This document shows positions 13,301-28,044 of a DNA stretch of 64,000 nt, piece after piece. The stretch is from positions 24,676,001-24,740,000 of the forward strand of contig OZ059900.1 of NCBI GenBank assembly GCA_964057225.1. The letters run 5' to 3'. This DNA is from Auanema rhodensis. Its lineage: Eukaryota; Animalia; Nematoda. The translations under genes were made by a program, and so were the position numbers. How positions within the stretch are numbered: position 1 is the first letter of the stretch; each line of letters begins with the position of its first letter. The notes under the pieces were generated by a model, which saw only the letters and a program-made list of their open reading frames with translations, had not been told where the DNA came from and ran no database searches.

Positions 13301-14364
13301 GACGTTGTACGAACAATTTTGAGCTATGTTTCATTGACATTGCATGAATTTGAACACATGAAATCGTAAGTCAAAACCTTGTTTACAGCGAAATTTCCAA
13401 AAACTGGTTTTCCAGCATAATAAAATATTTCTCATGGGAAATACTGTGTTTTTGTATTTTTCTAGTGTTCAGCATGTAAAATGCTTCATTTTAGTATGTA
13501 ACACGCTGAAATTCGTTGCATTTGACGACTCATATGAACAAAAATCGATTTAATCAATATTAGCCATAAGGGGCGTGCCCTCAGAATATGCTAATTTCCT
13601 TAATTTTCTAACCCCTGTTTTTTTGTCGTGAAAGTGGAACTAGACGTTGTACGAACAATTTTGAGCTAGGTTTCATTGACATTGCATGAGTTTGAACACA
13701 TGAAATCGTAAGTCAAAACCTTGTTTACAGCGAAATTTCCAAAAACTGGTTTTCCAGCATAATAAAATATTTCTCATGAGAAATACTGTGTTTTTGTATT
13801 TTTCTAGTGTTCAGCATGTAAAATGCTTCATTTTAGTATGTAACACGCTGAAATTCGTTGCATTTGACGACTCATATGAACAAAAATCGATTTAATCAAT
13901 ATTAGCCATAAGGGGCGTGCCCTCAGAATATGCTAATTTCCTTAATTTTCTAACCCTTGTTTTTTTGTCGTGAAAGTGGAACTAGACGTTGTACGAACAA
14001 TTTTGAGCTAGGTTTCATTGACATTGCATGAGTTTGAACACATGAAATCGTAAGTCAAAACCTTGTTTACAGCGAAATTTCCAAAAACTGGTTTTCCAGC
14101 ATAATAAAATATTTCTCATGGGAAATACTGTGTTTTTGTATTTTTCTAGTGTTCAGCATGTAAAATGCTTCATTTTAGTATGTAACACGCTGAAATTCGT
14201 TGCATTTGACGACTCATATGAACAAAAATCGATTTAATCAATATTAGCCATAAGGGGCGTGCCCTCAGAATATGCTAATTTCCTTAATTTTCTAACCCCT
14301 GTTTTTTTGTCGTGAAAGTGGAACTAGACGTTGTACGAACAATTTTGAGCTAGGTTTCATTGAC

Positions 14365-16416
14365 ATTGCATGAGTTTGAACACATGAAATCGTAAGTCAA
14401 AACCTTGTTTACAGCGAAATTTCCAAAAACTGGTTTTCCAGCATAATAAAATATTTCTCATGGGAAATACTGTGTTTTTGTATTTTTCTAGTGTTCAGCA
14501 TGTAAAATGCTTCATTTTAGTATGTAACACGCTGAAAGTCGTTGCATTTGACGACTCATATGAACAAAAATCGATTTAATCAATATTAGCCATAAGGGGC
14601 GTGCCCTCAGAATATGCTAATTTCCTTAGTTTTCTAACCCCTGTTTTTTTGTCGTGAAAGTGGAACTAGACGTTGTACGAACAATTTTGAGCTAGGTTTC
14701 ATTGACATTGCATGAGTTTGAACACATGAAATCGTAAGTCAAAACCTTGTTTACAGCGAAATTTCCAAAAACTGGTTTTCCAGCATAATAAAATATTTCT
14801 CATGGGAAATACTGTGTTTTTGTATTTTTCTAGTGTTCAGCATGTAAAATGCTTCATTTTAGTATGTAACACGCTGAAATTCGTTGCATTTGACGAATCA
14901 TATGAACAAAAATCGATTTAATCAATATTAGCCATAAGGGGCGTGCCCTCAGAATATGCTAATTTCCTTAATTTTCTAACCCCTGTTTTTTTGTCGTGAA
15001 AGTGGAACTAGACGTTGTACGAACAATTTTGAGCTAGGTTTCATTGACATTGCATGAGTTTGAACACATGAAATCGTAAGTCAAAACCTTGTTTACAGCG
15101 AAATTTCCAAAAACTGGTTTTCCAGCATAATAAAATATTTCTCATGGGAAATACTGTGTTTTTGTATTTTTCTAGTGTTCAGCATGTAAAATGCTTCATT
15201 TTAGTATGTAACACGCTGAAAGTCGTTGCATTTGACGACTCATATGAACAAAAATCGATTTAATCAATATTAGCCATAAGGGGCGTGCCCTCAGAATATG
15301 CTAATTTCCTTAGTTTTCTAACCCCTGTTTTTTTGTCGTGAAAGTGGAACTAGACGTTGTACGAACAATTTTGAGCTAGGTTTCATTGACATTGCATGAG
15401 TTTGAACACATGAAATCGTAAGTCAAAACCTTGTTTACAGCGAAATTTCCAAAAACTGGTTTTCCAGCATAATAAAATATTTCTCATGGGAAATACTGTG
15501 TTTTTGTATTTTTCTAGTGTTCAGCATGTAAAATGCTTCATTTTAGTATGTAACACGCTGAAATTCGTTGCATTTGACGAATCATATGAACAAAAATCGA
15601 TTTAATCAATATTAGCCATAAGGGGCGTGCCCTCAGAATATGCTAATTTCCTTAATTTTCTAACCCCTGTTTTTTTGTCGTGAAAGTGGAACTAGACGTT
15701 GTACGAACAATTTTGAGCTAGGTTTCATTGACATTGCATGAGTTTGAACACATGAAATCGTAAGTCAAAACCTTGTTTACAGCGAAATTTCCAAAAACTG
15801 GTTTTCCAGCATAATAAAATATTTCTCATGGGAAATACTGTGTTTTTGTATTTTTCTAGTGTTCAGCATGTAAAATGCTTCATTTTAGTATGTAACACGC
15901 TGAAAGTCGTTGCATTTGACGACTCATATGAACAAAAATCGATTTAATCAATATTAGCCATAAGGGGCGTGCCCTCAGAATATGCTAATTTCCTTAGTTT
16001 TCTAACCCCTGTTTTTTTGTCGTGAAAGTGGAACTAGACGTTGTACGAACAATTTTGAGCTAGGTTTCATTGACATTGCATGAGTTTGAACACATGAAAT
16101 CGTAAGTCAAAACCTTGTTTACAGCGAAATTTCCAAAAACTGGCTTTCCAGCATAATAAAATATTTCTCATGGGAAATACTGTGTTTTTGTATTTTTCTA
16201 GTGTTCAGCATGTAAAATGCTTCATTTTAGTATGTAACACGCTGAAATTCGTTGCATTTGACGAATCATATGAACAAAAATCGATTTAATCAATATTAGC
16301 CATAAGGGGCGTGCCCTCAGAATATGCTAATTTCCTTAATTTTCTAACCCCTGTTTTTTTGTCGTGAAAGTGGAACTAGACGTTGTACGAACAATTTTGA
16401 GCTAGGTTTCATTGAC
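14365..16416 (+). repeat. Local dimeric higher-order repeat (684 bp x3): [T174G+A265G] alternating with [C191A], monomers 43-48
   Basis: AAAGTCG/CTTAGTT monomers alternate with GACGAATC monomers. The same block recurs at 32833-34884, 37963-40014 and 61907-63958. Confidence 0.9.
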
Positions 16417-19400
16417 ATTGCATGAGTTTGAACACATGACATCGTAAGTCAAAACCTTGTTTACAGCGAAATTACCAAAAACTGGTTTTCCAGCATAATA
16501 AAATATTTCTCATGGGAAATACTGTGTTTTTGTATTTTTCTAGTGTTCAGCATGTAAAATGCTTCATTTTAGTATGTAACACGCTGAAATTCGTTGCATT
16601 TGACGACTCATATGAACAAAAATCGATTTAATCAATATTAGCCATAAGGGGCGTGCCCTCAGAATATGCTAATTTCCTTAATTTTCTAACCCCTGTTTTT
16701 TTGTCGTGAAAGTGGAACTAGACGTTGTACGAACAATTTTGAGCTAGGTTTCATTGACATTGCATGAGTTTGAACACATGAAATCGTAGGTCAAAACCTT
16801 GTTTACAGCGAAATTTCCAAAAACTGGTTTTCCAGCATAATAAAATATTTCTCATGGGAAATACTGTGTTTTTGTATTTTTCTAGTGTTCAGCATGTAAA
16901 ATGCTTCATTTTAGTATGTAACACGCTGAAATTCGTTGCATTTGACGAATCATATGAACAAAAATCGATTTAATCAATATTAGCCATAAGGGGCGTGCCC
17001 TCAGAATATGCTAATTTCCTTAATTTTCTAACCCCTGTTTTTTTGTCGTGAAAGTGGAACTAGACGTTGTACGAACAATTTTGAGCTAGGTTTCATTGAC
17101 ATTGCATGAGTTTGAACACATGAAATCGTAAGTCAAAACCTTGTTTACAGCGAAATTTCCAAAAACTGGTTTTCCAGCATAATAAAATATTTCTCATGGG
17201 AAATACTGTGTTTTTGTATTTTTCTAGTGTTCAGCATGTAAAATGCTTCATTTTAGTATGTAACACGCTGAAATTCGTTGCATTTGACGACTCATATGAA
17301 CAAAAATCGATTTAATCAATATTAGCCATAAGGGGCGTGCCCTCAGAATATGCTAATTTCCTTAGTTTTCTAACCCCTGTTTTTTTGTCGTGAAAGTGGA
17401 ACTAGACGTTGTACGAACAATTTTGAGCTAGGTTTCATTGACATTGCATGAGTTTGAACACATGAAATCGTAAGTCAAAACCTTGTTTACAGCGAAATTT
17501 CCAAAAACTGGTTTTCCAGCATAATAAAATATTTCTCATGGGAAATACTGTGTTTTTGTATTTTTCTAGTGTTCAGCATGTAAAATGCTTCATTTTAGTA
17601 TGTAACACGCTGAAATTCGTTGCATTTGACGACTCATATGAACAAAAATCGATTTAATCAATATTAGCCATAAGGGGCGTGCCCTCAGAATATGCTAATT
17701 TCCTTAGTTTTCTAACCCCTGTTTTTTTGTCGTGAAAGTGGAACTAGACGTTGTACGAACAATTTTGAGCTAGGTTTCATTGACATTGCATGAGTTTGAA
17801 CACATGAAATCGTAAGTCAAAACCTTGTTTACAGCGAAATTTCCAAAAACTGGTTTTCCAGCATAATAAAATATTTCTCATGGGAAATACTGTGTTTTTG
17901 TATTTTTCTAGTGTTCAGCATGTAAAATGCTTCCTTTTAGTATGTAACACGCTGAAATTCGTTGCATTTGACGACTCATATGAACAAAAATCGATTTAAT
18001 CAATATTAGCCATAAGGGGCGTGCCCTCAGAATATGCTAATTTCCTTAGTTTTCTAACCCCTGTTTTTTTGTCGTGAAAGTGGAACTAGACGTTGTACGA
18101 ACAATTTTGAGCTAGGTTTCATTGACATTGCATGAGTTTGAACACATGAAATCGTAAGTCAAAACCTTGTTTACAGCGAAATTTCCAAAAACTGGTTTTC
18201 CAGCATAATAAAATATTTCTCATGGGAAATACTGTGTTTTTGTATTTTTCTAGTGTTCAGCATGTAAAATGCTTCATTTTAGTATGTAACACGCTGAAAT
18301 TCGTTGCATTTGACGACTCATATGAACAAAAATCGATTTAATCAATATTAGCCATAAGGGGCGTGCCCTCAGAATATGCTAATTTCCTTAATTTTCTAAC
18401 CCCTGTTTTTTTGTCGTGAAAGTGGAACTAGACGTTGTACGAACAATTTTGAGCTATGTTTCATTGACATTGCATGAGTTTGAACACATGAAATCGTAAG
18501 TCAAAACCTTGTTTACAGCGAAATTTCCAAAAACTGGTTTTCCAGCATAATAAAATATTTCTCATGGGAAATACTGTGTTTTTGTATTTTTCTAGTGTTC
18601 AGCATGTAAAATGCTTCATTTTAGTATGTAACACGCTGAAATTCGTTGCATTTGACGACTCATATGAACAAAAATCGATTTAATCAATATTAGCCATAAG
18701 GGGCGTGCCCTCAGAATATGCTAATTTCCTTAATTTTCTAACCCCTGTTTTTTTGTCGTGAAAGTGGAACTAGACGTTGTACGAACAATTTTGAGCTAGG
18801 TTTCATTGACATTGCATGAGTTTGAACACATGAAATCGTAAGTCAAAACCTTGTTTACAGCGAAATTTCCAAAAACTGGTTTTCCAGCATAATAAAATAT
18901 TTCTCATGGGAAATACTGTGTTTTTGTATTTTTCTAGTGTTCAGCATGTAAAATGCTTCATTTTAGTATGTAACACGCTGAAATTCGTTGCATTTGACGA
19001 CTCTGATGAACAAAAATCGATTTAATCAATATTAGCCATAAGGGGCGTGCCCTCAGAATATGCTAATTTCCTTAATTTTCTAACCCCTGTTTTTTTGTCG
19101 TGAAAGTGGAACTAGACGTTGTACGAACAATTTTGAGCTAGGTTTCATTGACATTGCATGAGTTTGAACACATGAAATCGTAAGTCAAAACCTTGTTTAC
19201 AGCGAAATTTCCAAAAACTGGTTTTCCAGCATAATAAAATATTTCTCATGGGAAATACTGTGTTTTTGTATTTTTCTAGTGTTCAGCATGTAAAATGCTT
19301 CATTTTAGTATGTAACACGCTGAAATTCGTTGCATTTGACGACTCATATGAACAAAAATCGATTTAATCAATATTAGCCATAAGGGGCGTGCCCTCAGAA

Positions 19401-22230
19401 TATGCTAATTTCCTTAGTTTTCTAACCCCTGTTTTTTTGTCGTGAAAGTGGAACTAGACGTTGTACGAACAATTTTGAGCTAGGTTTCATTGACATTGCA
19501 TGAGTTTGAACACATGAAATCGTAAGTCAAAACCTTGTTTACAGCGAAATTTCCAAAAACTGGTTTTCCAGCATAATAAAATATTTCTCATGGGAAATAC
19601 TGTGTTTTTGTATTTTTATAGTGTTCAGCATGTAAAATGCTTCATTTTAGTATGTAACACGCTGAAATTCGTTGCATTTGACGACTCATATGAACAAAAA
19701 TCGATTTAATCAATATTAGCCATAAGGGGCGTGCCCTCAGAATATGCTAATTTCCTTAATTTTCTAACCCTTGTTTTTTCGTCGTGAAAGTGGAACTAGA
19801 CGTTGTACGAACAATTTTGAGCTAGGTTTCATTGACATTGCATGAGTTTGAACACATGAAATCGTAAGTCAAAACCTTGTTTACAGCGAAATTTCCAAAA
19901 ACTGGTTTTCCAGCATAATAAAATATTTCTCATGGGAAATACTGTGTTTTTGTATTTTTCTAGTGTTCAGCATGTAAAATGCTTCATTTTAGTATGTAAC
20001 ACGCTGAAATTCGTTGCATTTGACGACTCATATGAACAAAAATCGATTTAATCAATATTAGCCATAAGGGGCGTGCCCTCAGAATATGCTAATTTCCTTA
20101 ATTTTCTAACCCCTGTTTTTTTGTCGTGAAAGTGGAACTAGACGTTGTACGAACAATTTTGAGCTAGGTTTCATTGACATTGCATGAGTTTGAACACATG
20201 AAATCGTAAGTCAAAACCTTGTTTACAGCGAAATTTCCAAAAACTGGTTTTCCAGCATAATAAAATATTTCTCATGGGAAATACTGTGTTTTTGTATTTT
20301 TCTAGTGTTCAGCATGTAAAATGCTTCATTTTAGTATGTAACACGCTGAAATTCGTTGCATTTGACGACTCATATGAACAAAAATCGATTTAATCAATAT
20401 TAGCCATAAGGGGCGTGCCCTCAGAATATGCTAATTTCCTTAATTTTCTAACCCCTGTTTTTTTGTCGTGAAAGTGGAACTAAACGTTGTACAAACAATT
20501 TTGAGCTATGTTTCATTGACATTGCATGAGTTTGAACACATGAAATCGTAAGTCAAAACCTTGTTTACAGCGAAATTTCCAAAAACTGGTTTTCCAGCAT
20601 AATAAAATATTTCTCATGGGAAATACTGTGTTTTTGTATTTTTCTAGTGTTCAGCATGTAAAATGCTTCATTTTAGTATGTAACACGCTGAAAGTCGTTG
20701 CATTTGACGACTCATATGAACAAAAATCGATTTAATCAATATTAGCCATAAGGGGCGTGCCCTCAGAATATGCTAATTTCCTTAATTTTCTAACCCCTGT
20801 TTTTTTGTCGTGAAAGTGGAACTAGACGTTGTACGAACAATTTTGAGCTAGGTTTCATTGACATTGCATGAGTTTGAACACATGAAATCGTAAGTCAAAA
20901 CCTTGTTTACAGCGAAATTTCCAAAAACTGGTTTTCCAGCATAATAAAATATTTCTCATGGGAAATACTGTGTTTTTGTATTTTTCTAGTGTTCAGCATG
21001 TAAAATGCTTCATTTTAGTATGTAACACGCTGAAATTCGTTGCATTTGACGACTCATATGAACAAAAATCGATTTAATCAATATTAGCCATAAAGGGCGT
21101 GCCCTCAGAATATGCTAATTTCCTTAATTTTCTAACCCTTGTTTTTTTGTCGTGAAAGTGGAACTAGACGTTGTACGAACAATTTTGAGCTAGGTTTCAT
21201 TGACATTGCATGAGTTTGAACACATGAAATCGTAAGTCAAAACCTTGTTTACAGCGAAATTTCCAAAAACTGGTTTTCCAGCATAATAAAATATTTCTCA
21301 TGGGAAATACTGTGTTTTTGTATTTTTCTAGTGTTCAGCATGTAAAATGCTTCATTTTAGTATGTAACATGCTGAAATTCGTTGCATTTGACGACTCATA
21401 TGAACAAAAATCGATTTAATCAATATTAGCCATAAGGGGCGTGCCCTCAGAATATGCTAATTTCCTTAATTTTCTAACCCCTGTTTTTTTGTCGTGAAAG
21501 TGGAACTAGACGTTGTACGAACAATTTTGAGCTAGGTTTCATTGACATTGCATGAGTTTGAACACATGAAATCGTAAGTCAAAACCTTGTTTACAGCGAA
21601 ATTTCCAAAAACTGGTTTTCCAGCATAATAAAATATTTCTCATGGGAAATACTGTGTTTTTGTATTTTTCTAGTGTTCAGCATGTAAAATGCTTCATTTT
21701 AGTATGTAACATGCTGAAATTCGTTGCATTTGACGACTCATATGAACAAAAATCGATTTAATCAATATTAGCCATAAGGGGCGTGCCCTCAGAATATGCT
21801 AATTTCCTTAATTTTCTAACCCCTGTTTTTTTGTCGTGAAAGTGGAACTAGACGTTGTACGAACAATTTTGAGCTAGGTTTCATTGACATTGCATGAGTT
21901 TGAACACATGAAATCGTAAGTCAAAACCTTGTTTACAGCGAAATTTCCAAAAACTGGTTTTCCAGCATAATAAAATATTTCTCATGGGAAATACTGTGTT
22001 TTTGTATTTTTCTAGTGTTCAGCATGTAAAATGCTTCATTTTAGTATGTAACACGCTGAAATTCGTTGCATTTGACGACTCATATGAACAAAAATCGATT
22101 TAATCAATATTAGCCATAAGGGGCGTGCCCTCAGAATATGCTAATTTCCTTAAATTTCTAACCCCTGTTTTTTTGTCGTGAAAGTGGAACTAGACGTTGT
22201 ACGAACAATTTTGAGCTAGGTTTCATTGAC

Positions 22231-25200
22231 ATTGCATGAGTTTGAACACATGAAATCGTAAGTCAAAACCTTGTTTACAGCGAAATTTCCAAAAACTGGT
22301 TTTCCAGCATAATAAAATATTTCTCATGGGAAATACTGTGTTTTTGTATTTTTCTAGTGTTCAGCATGTAAAATGCTTCATTTTAGTATGTAACACGCTG
22401 AAATTCGTTGCATTTGACGACTCATATGAACAAAAATCGATTTAATCAATATTAGCCATAAGGGGCGTGCCCTCAGAATATGCTAATTTCCTTAATTTTC
22501 TAACCCTTGTTTTTTTGTCGTGAAAGTGGAACTAGACGTTGTACGAACAATTTTGAGCTAGGTTTCATTGACATTGCATGAGTTTGAACACATGAAATCG
22601 TAAGTCAAAACCTTGTTTACAGCGAAATTTCCAAAAACTGGTTTTCCAGCATAATAAAATATTTCTCATGGGAAATACTGTGTTTTTGTATTTTTCTAGT
22701 GTTCAGCATGTAAAATGCTTCATTTTAGTATGTAACATGCTGAAATTCGTTGCATTTGACGACTCATATGAACAAAAATCGATTTAATCAATATTAGCCA
22801 TAAGGGGCGTGCCCTCAGAATATGCTAATTTCCTTAATTTTCTAACCCCTGTTTTTTTGTCGTGAAAGTGGAACTAGACGTTGTACGAACAATTTTGAGC
22901 TAGGTTTCATTGACATTGCATGAGTTTGAACACATGAAATCGTAAGTCAAAACCTTGTTTACAGCGAAATTTCCAAAAACTGGTTTTCCAGCATAATAAA
23001 ATATTTCTCATGGGAAATACTGTGTTTTTGTATTTTTCTAGTGTTCAGCATGTAAAATGCTTCATTTTAGTATGTAACACGCTGAAATTCGTTGCATTTG
23101 ACGACTCATATGAACAAAAATCGATTTAATCAATATTAGCCATAAGGGGCGTGCCCTCAGAATATGCTAATTTCCTTAATTTTCTAACCCCTGTTTTTTT
23201 GTCGTGAAAGTGGAACTAGACGTTGTACGAACAATTTTGAGCTAGGTTTCATTGACATTGCATGAGTTTGAACACATGAAATCGTAAGTCAAAACCTTGT
23301 TTACAGCGAAATTTCCAAAAACTGGTTTTCCAGCATAATAAAATATTTCTCATGGGAAATACTGTGTTTTTGTATTTTTCTAGTGTTCAGCATGTAAAAT
23401 GCTTCATTTTAGTATGTAACACGCTGAAATTCGTTGCATTTGACGACTCATATGAACAAAAATCGATTTAATCAATATTAGCCATAAGGGGCGTGCCCTC
23501 AGAATATGCTAATTTCCTTAATTTTCTAACCCTTGTTTTTTTGTCGTGAAAGTGGAACTAGACGTTGTACGAACAATTTTGAGCTAGGTTTCATTGACAT
23601 TGCATGAGTTTGAACACATGAAATCGTAAGTCAAAACCTTGTTTACAGCGAAATTTCCAAAAACTGGTTTTCCAGCATAATAAAATATTTCTCATGGGAA
23701 ATACTGTGTTTTTGTATTTTTCTAGTGTTCAGCATGTAAAATGCTTCATTTTAGTATGTAACATGCTGAAATTCGTTGCATTTGACGACTCATATGAACA
23801 AAAATCGATTTAATCAATATTAGCCATAAGGGGCGTGCCCTCAGAATATGCTAATTTCCTTAATTTTCTAACCCCTGTTTTTTTGTCGTGAAAGTGGAAC
23901 TAGACGTTGTACGAACAATTTTTAGCTAGGTTTCATTGACATTGCATGAGTTTGAACACATGAAATCGTAAGTCAAAACCTTGTTTACAGCGAAATTTCC
24001 AAAAACTGGTTTTCCAGCATAATAAAATATTTCTCATGGGAAATACTGTGTTTTTGTATTTTTCTAGTGTTCAGCATGTAAAATGCTTCATTTTAGTATG
24101 TAACACGCTGAAATTCGTTGCATTTGACGACTCATATGAACAAAAATCGATTTAATCAATATTAGCCATAAGGGGCGTGCCCTCAGAATATGCTAATTTC
24201 CTTAATTTTCTAACCCCTGTTTTTTTGTCGTGAAAGTGGAACTAGACGTTGTACGAACAATTTTGAGCTAGGTTTCATTGACATTGCATGAGTTTGAACA
24301 CATGAAATCGTAAGTCAAAACCTTGTTTACAGCGAAATTTCCAAAAACTGGTTTTCCAGCATAATAAAATATTTCTCATGGGAAATACTGTGTTTTTGTA
24401 TTTTTCTAGTGTTCAGCATGTAAAATGCTTCATTTTAGTATGTAACACGCTGAAATTCGTTGCATTTGACGACTCATATGAACAAAAATCGATTTAATCA
24501 ATATTAGCCATAAGGGGCGTGCCCTCAGAATATGCTAATTTCCTTAATTTTCTAACCCTTGTTTTTTTGTCGTGAAAGTGGAACTAGACGTTGTACGAAC
24601 AATTTTGAGCTAGGTTTCATTGACATTGCATGAGTTTGAACACATGAAATCGTAAGTCAAAACCTTGTTTACAGCGAAATTTCCAAAAACTGGTTTTCCA
24701 GCATAATAAAATATTTCTCATGGGAAATACTGTGTTTTTGTATTTTTCTAGTGTTCAGCATGTAAAATGCTTCATTTTAGTATGTAACATGCTGAAATTC
24801 GTTGCATTTGACGACTCATATGAACAAAAATCGATTTAATCAATATTAGCCATAAGGGGCGTGCCCTCAGAATATGCTAATTTCCTTAATTTTCTAACCC
24901 CTGTTTTTTTGTCGTGAAAGTGGAACTAGACGTTGTACGAACAATTTTGAGCTAGGTTCCATTGACATTGCATGAGTTTGAACACATGAAATCGTAAGTC
25001 AAAACCTTGTTTACAGCGAAATTTCCAAAAACTGGTTTTCCAGCATAATAAAATATTTCTCATGGGAAATACTGTGTTTTTGTATTTTTCTAGTGTTCAG
25101 CATGTAAAATGCTTCATTTTAGTATGTAACACGCTGAAATTCGTTGCATTTGACGACTCATATGAACAAAAATCGATTTAATCAATATTAGCCATAAGGG

Positions 25201-25308
25201 GCGTGCCCTCAGAATATGCTAATTTCCTTAATTTTCTAACCCCTGTTTTTTTGTCGTGAAAGTGGAACTAGACGTTGTACGAACAATTTTGAGCTAGGTT
25301 TCATTGAC
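22231..25308 (+). repeat. Local trimeric higher-order repeat (1026 bp x3): [C277T][C166T][consensus], monomers 66-74
   Basis: The ACCCTTG, AACATGC, consensus order repeats three times. It is copied at monomers 151-159 (51303-54380). Confidence 0.8.
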
Positions 25309-28044
25309 ATTGCATGAGTTTGAACACATGAAATCGTAAGTCAAAACCTTGTTTACAGCGAAATTTCCAAAAACTGGTTTTCCAGCATAATAAAATATTT
25401 CTCATGGGAAATACTGTGTTTTTGTATTTTTCTAGTGTTCAGCATGTAAAATGCTTCATTTTAGTATGTAACATGCTGAAATTCGTTGCATTTGACGACT
25501 CATATGAACAAAAATCGATTTAATCAATATTAGCCATAAGGGGCGTGCCCTCAGAATATGCTAATTTCCTTAATTTTCTAACCCCTGTTTTTTTGTCGTG
25601 AAAGTGGAACTAGACGTTGTACGAACAATTTTGAGCTAGGTTTCATTGACATTGCATGAGTTTGAACACATGAAATCGTAAGTCAAAACCTTGTTTACAG
25701 CGAAATTTCCAAAAACTGGTTTTCCAGCATAATAAAATATTTCTCATGGGAAATACTGTGTTTTTGTATTTTTCTAGTGTTCAGCATGTAAAATGCTTCA
25801 TTTTAGTATGTACCACGCTGAAATTCGTTGCATTTGACGACTCATATGAACAAAAATCGATTTAATCAATATTAGCCATAAGGGGCGTGCCCTCAGAATA
25901 TGCTAATTTCCTTAATTTTCTAACCCCTGTTTTTTTGTCGTGAAAGTGGAACTAGACGTTGTACGAACAATTTTGAGCTAGGTTTCATTGACATTGCATG
26001 AGTTTGAACACATGAAATCGTAAGTCAAAACCTTGTTTACAGCGAAATTTCCAAAAACTGGTTTTCCAGCATAATAAAATATTTCTCATGGGAAATACTG
26101 TGTTTTTGTATTTTTCTAGTGTTCAGCATGTAAAATGCTTCATTTTAGTATGTAACACGCTGAAATTCGTTGCATTTGACGACTCATATGAACAAAAATC
26201 GATTTAATCAATATTAGCCATAAGGGGCGTGCCCTCAGAATATGCTAATTTCCTTAATTTTCTAACCCTTGTTTTTTTGTCGTGAAAGTGGAACTAGACG
26301 TTGTACGAACAATTTTGAGCTAGGTTTCATTGACATTGCATGAGTTTGAACACATGAAATCGTAAGTCAAAACCTTGTTTACAGCGAAATTTCCAAAAAC
26401 TGGTTTTCCAGCATAATAAAATATTTCTCATGGGAAATACTGTGTTTTTGTATTTTTCTAGTGTTCAGCATGTAAAATGCTTCATTTTAGTATGTAACAT
26501 GCTGAAATTCGTTGCATTTGACGACTCATATGAACAAAAATCGATTTAATCAATATTAGCCATAAGGGGCGTGCCCTCAGAATATGCTAATTTCCTTAAT
26601 TTTCTAACCCCTGTTTTTTTGTCGTGAAAGTGGAACTAGACGTTGTACGAACAATTTTGAGCTAGGTTTCATTGACATTGCATGAGTTTGAACACATGAA
26701 ATCGTAAGTCAAAACCTTGTTTACAGCGAAATTTCCAAAAACTGGTTTTCCAGCATAATAAAATATTTCTCATGGGAAATACTGTGTTTTTGTATTTTTC
26801 TAGTGTTCAGCATGTAAAATGCTTCATTTTAGTATGTAACACGCTGAAATTCGTTGCATTTGACGACTCATATGAACAAAAATCGATTTAATCAATATTA
26901 GCCATAAGGGGCGTGCCCTCAGAATATGCTAATTTCCTTAATTTTCTAACCCCTGTTTTTTTGTCGTGAAAGTGGAACTAGACGTTGTACGAACAATTTT
27001 GAGCTAGGTTTCATTGACATTGCATGAGTTTGAACACATGAAATCGTAAGTCAAAACCTTGTTTACAGCGAAATTTCCAAAAACTGGTTTTCCAGCATAA
27101 TAAAATATTTCTCATGGGAAATACTGTGTTTTTGTATTTTTCTAGTGTTCAGCATGTAAAATGCTTCATTTTAGTATGTAACATGCTGAAATTCGTTGCA
27201 TTTGACGACTCATATGAACAAAAATCGATTTAATCAATATTAGCCATAAGGGGCGTGCCCTCAGAATATGCTAATTTCCTTAATTTTCTAACCCCTGTTT
27301 TTTTGTCGTGAAAGTGGAACTAGACGTTGTACGAACAATTTTGAGCTAGGTTTCATTGACATTGCATGAGTTTGAACACATGAAATCGTAAGTCAAAACC
27401 TTGTTTACAGCGAAATTTCCAAAAACTGGTTTTCCAGCATAATAAAATATTTCTCATGGGAAATACTGTGTTTTTGTATTTTTCTAGTGTTCAGCATGTA
27501 AAATGCTTCATTTTAGTATGTAACACGCTGAAATTCGTTGCATTTGACGACTCATATGAACAAAAATCGATTTAATCAATATTAGCCATAAGGGGCGTGC
27601 CCTCAGAATATGCTAATTTCCTTAATTTTCTAACCCCTGTTTTTTTGTCGTGAAAGTGGAACTAGACGTTGTACGAACAATTTTGAGCTAGGTTTCATTG
27701 ACATTGCATGAGTTTGAACACATGAAATCGTAAGTCAAAACCTTGTTTACAGCGAAATTTCCAAAAACTGGTTTTCCAGCATAATAAAATATTTCTCATG
27801 TGAAATACTGTGTTTTTGTTTTTTTCTAGTGTTCAGCATGTAAAATGCTTCATTTTAGTATGTAACTCGCTGAAATTCGTTGCATTTGACGACTCATATG
27901 AACAAAAATCGATTTAATCAATATTAGCCATAAGGGGCGTGCCCTCAGAATATGCTAATTTCCTTAATTTTCTAACCCTTGTTTTTTTGTCGTGAAAGTG
28001 GAACTAGACGTTGTACGAACAATTTTGAGCTAGGTTTCATTGAC

